From an uncultured delta proteobacterium (GTDB lineage Bacteria; Desulfobacterota; Binatia; DP-6), in NCBI GenBank assembly GCA_963815115.1, contig CAWFFN010000009.1:224001-288000 (forward strand): DNA of 64,000 nt, in the 5' to 3' direction. The notes beneath the pieces are model-generated. The model did not search any database, was not told where the DNA came from, and saw only the letters and a program-made list of their open reading frames with translations. Of this stretch, positions 63,948 to 64,000 are shown in pieces. Both the position numbers and the translations under genes were made by a program. Each line of letters starts with the position of its first letter. Positions within the stretch are counted from its first letter, which is position 1.

Positions 63948-64000
63948 TTCTAGCGCGGCGCGACGCGCCACGCGATGGCGAAGCTCGTCGCCAGCAGCAG

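Noticed and set aside
63975-64000. Start of a further ORF (MAKLVASS...)
   Set aside because: Only eight codons lie inside the window; it cannot be identified

Overview
High-GC bacterial chromosome segment with dense coding. Gene content and a secreted protein with C-x4-K-x-KAAG repeats suggest Candidatus Binatia or a similar deltaproteobacterium (inference only). It carries housekeeping genes (glmU-glmS, ribB-like, dsbD, hslO, mutS2, panE, ppk2, pckG, miaB, moaB/D/E, cstA, oppD/F-like, bactofilin) and an ECF42-type sigma cluster (beta-propeller, ubiquitin-like MoaD/ThiS protein, two YciI/DGPF proteins, GST, VOC) with a matching TGTCGA-N16-TCGTC promoter. A vapBC-type TA module sits directly behind glmS, followed by a lipid/acyl-CoA catabolism region. 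Signals not visible in the ORF track: (1) a fluoride riboswitch at about 43.77 kb, upstream of an internally deleted DUF190-like mini-ORF and an NYN-like nuclease, with no intact fluoride exporter; (2) an A/T-richer island (55.3-63.4 kb) with PadR, an ABC ATPase, two inverted paralogous FtsX/MacB permeases and an alpha-oxoamine synthase, in which both upstream regions share a 17-bp motif; (3) a decayed nucleotidyltransferase module at 31.5-31.8 kb; (4) repeated internal gene deletions that keep both gene ends. No rRNA, tRNA, CRISPR array, transposase or integrase was recognised. All family calls come from motif recognition by eye, not database searches.
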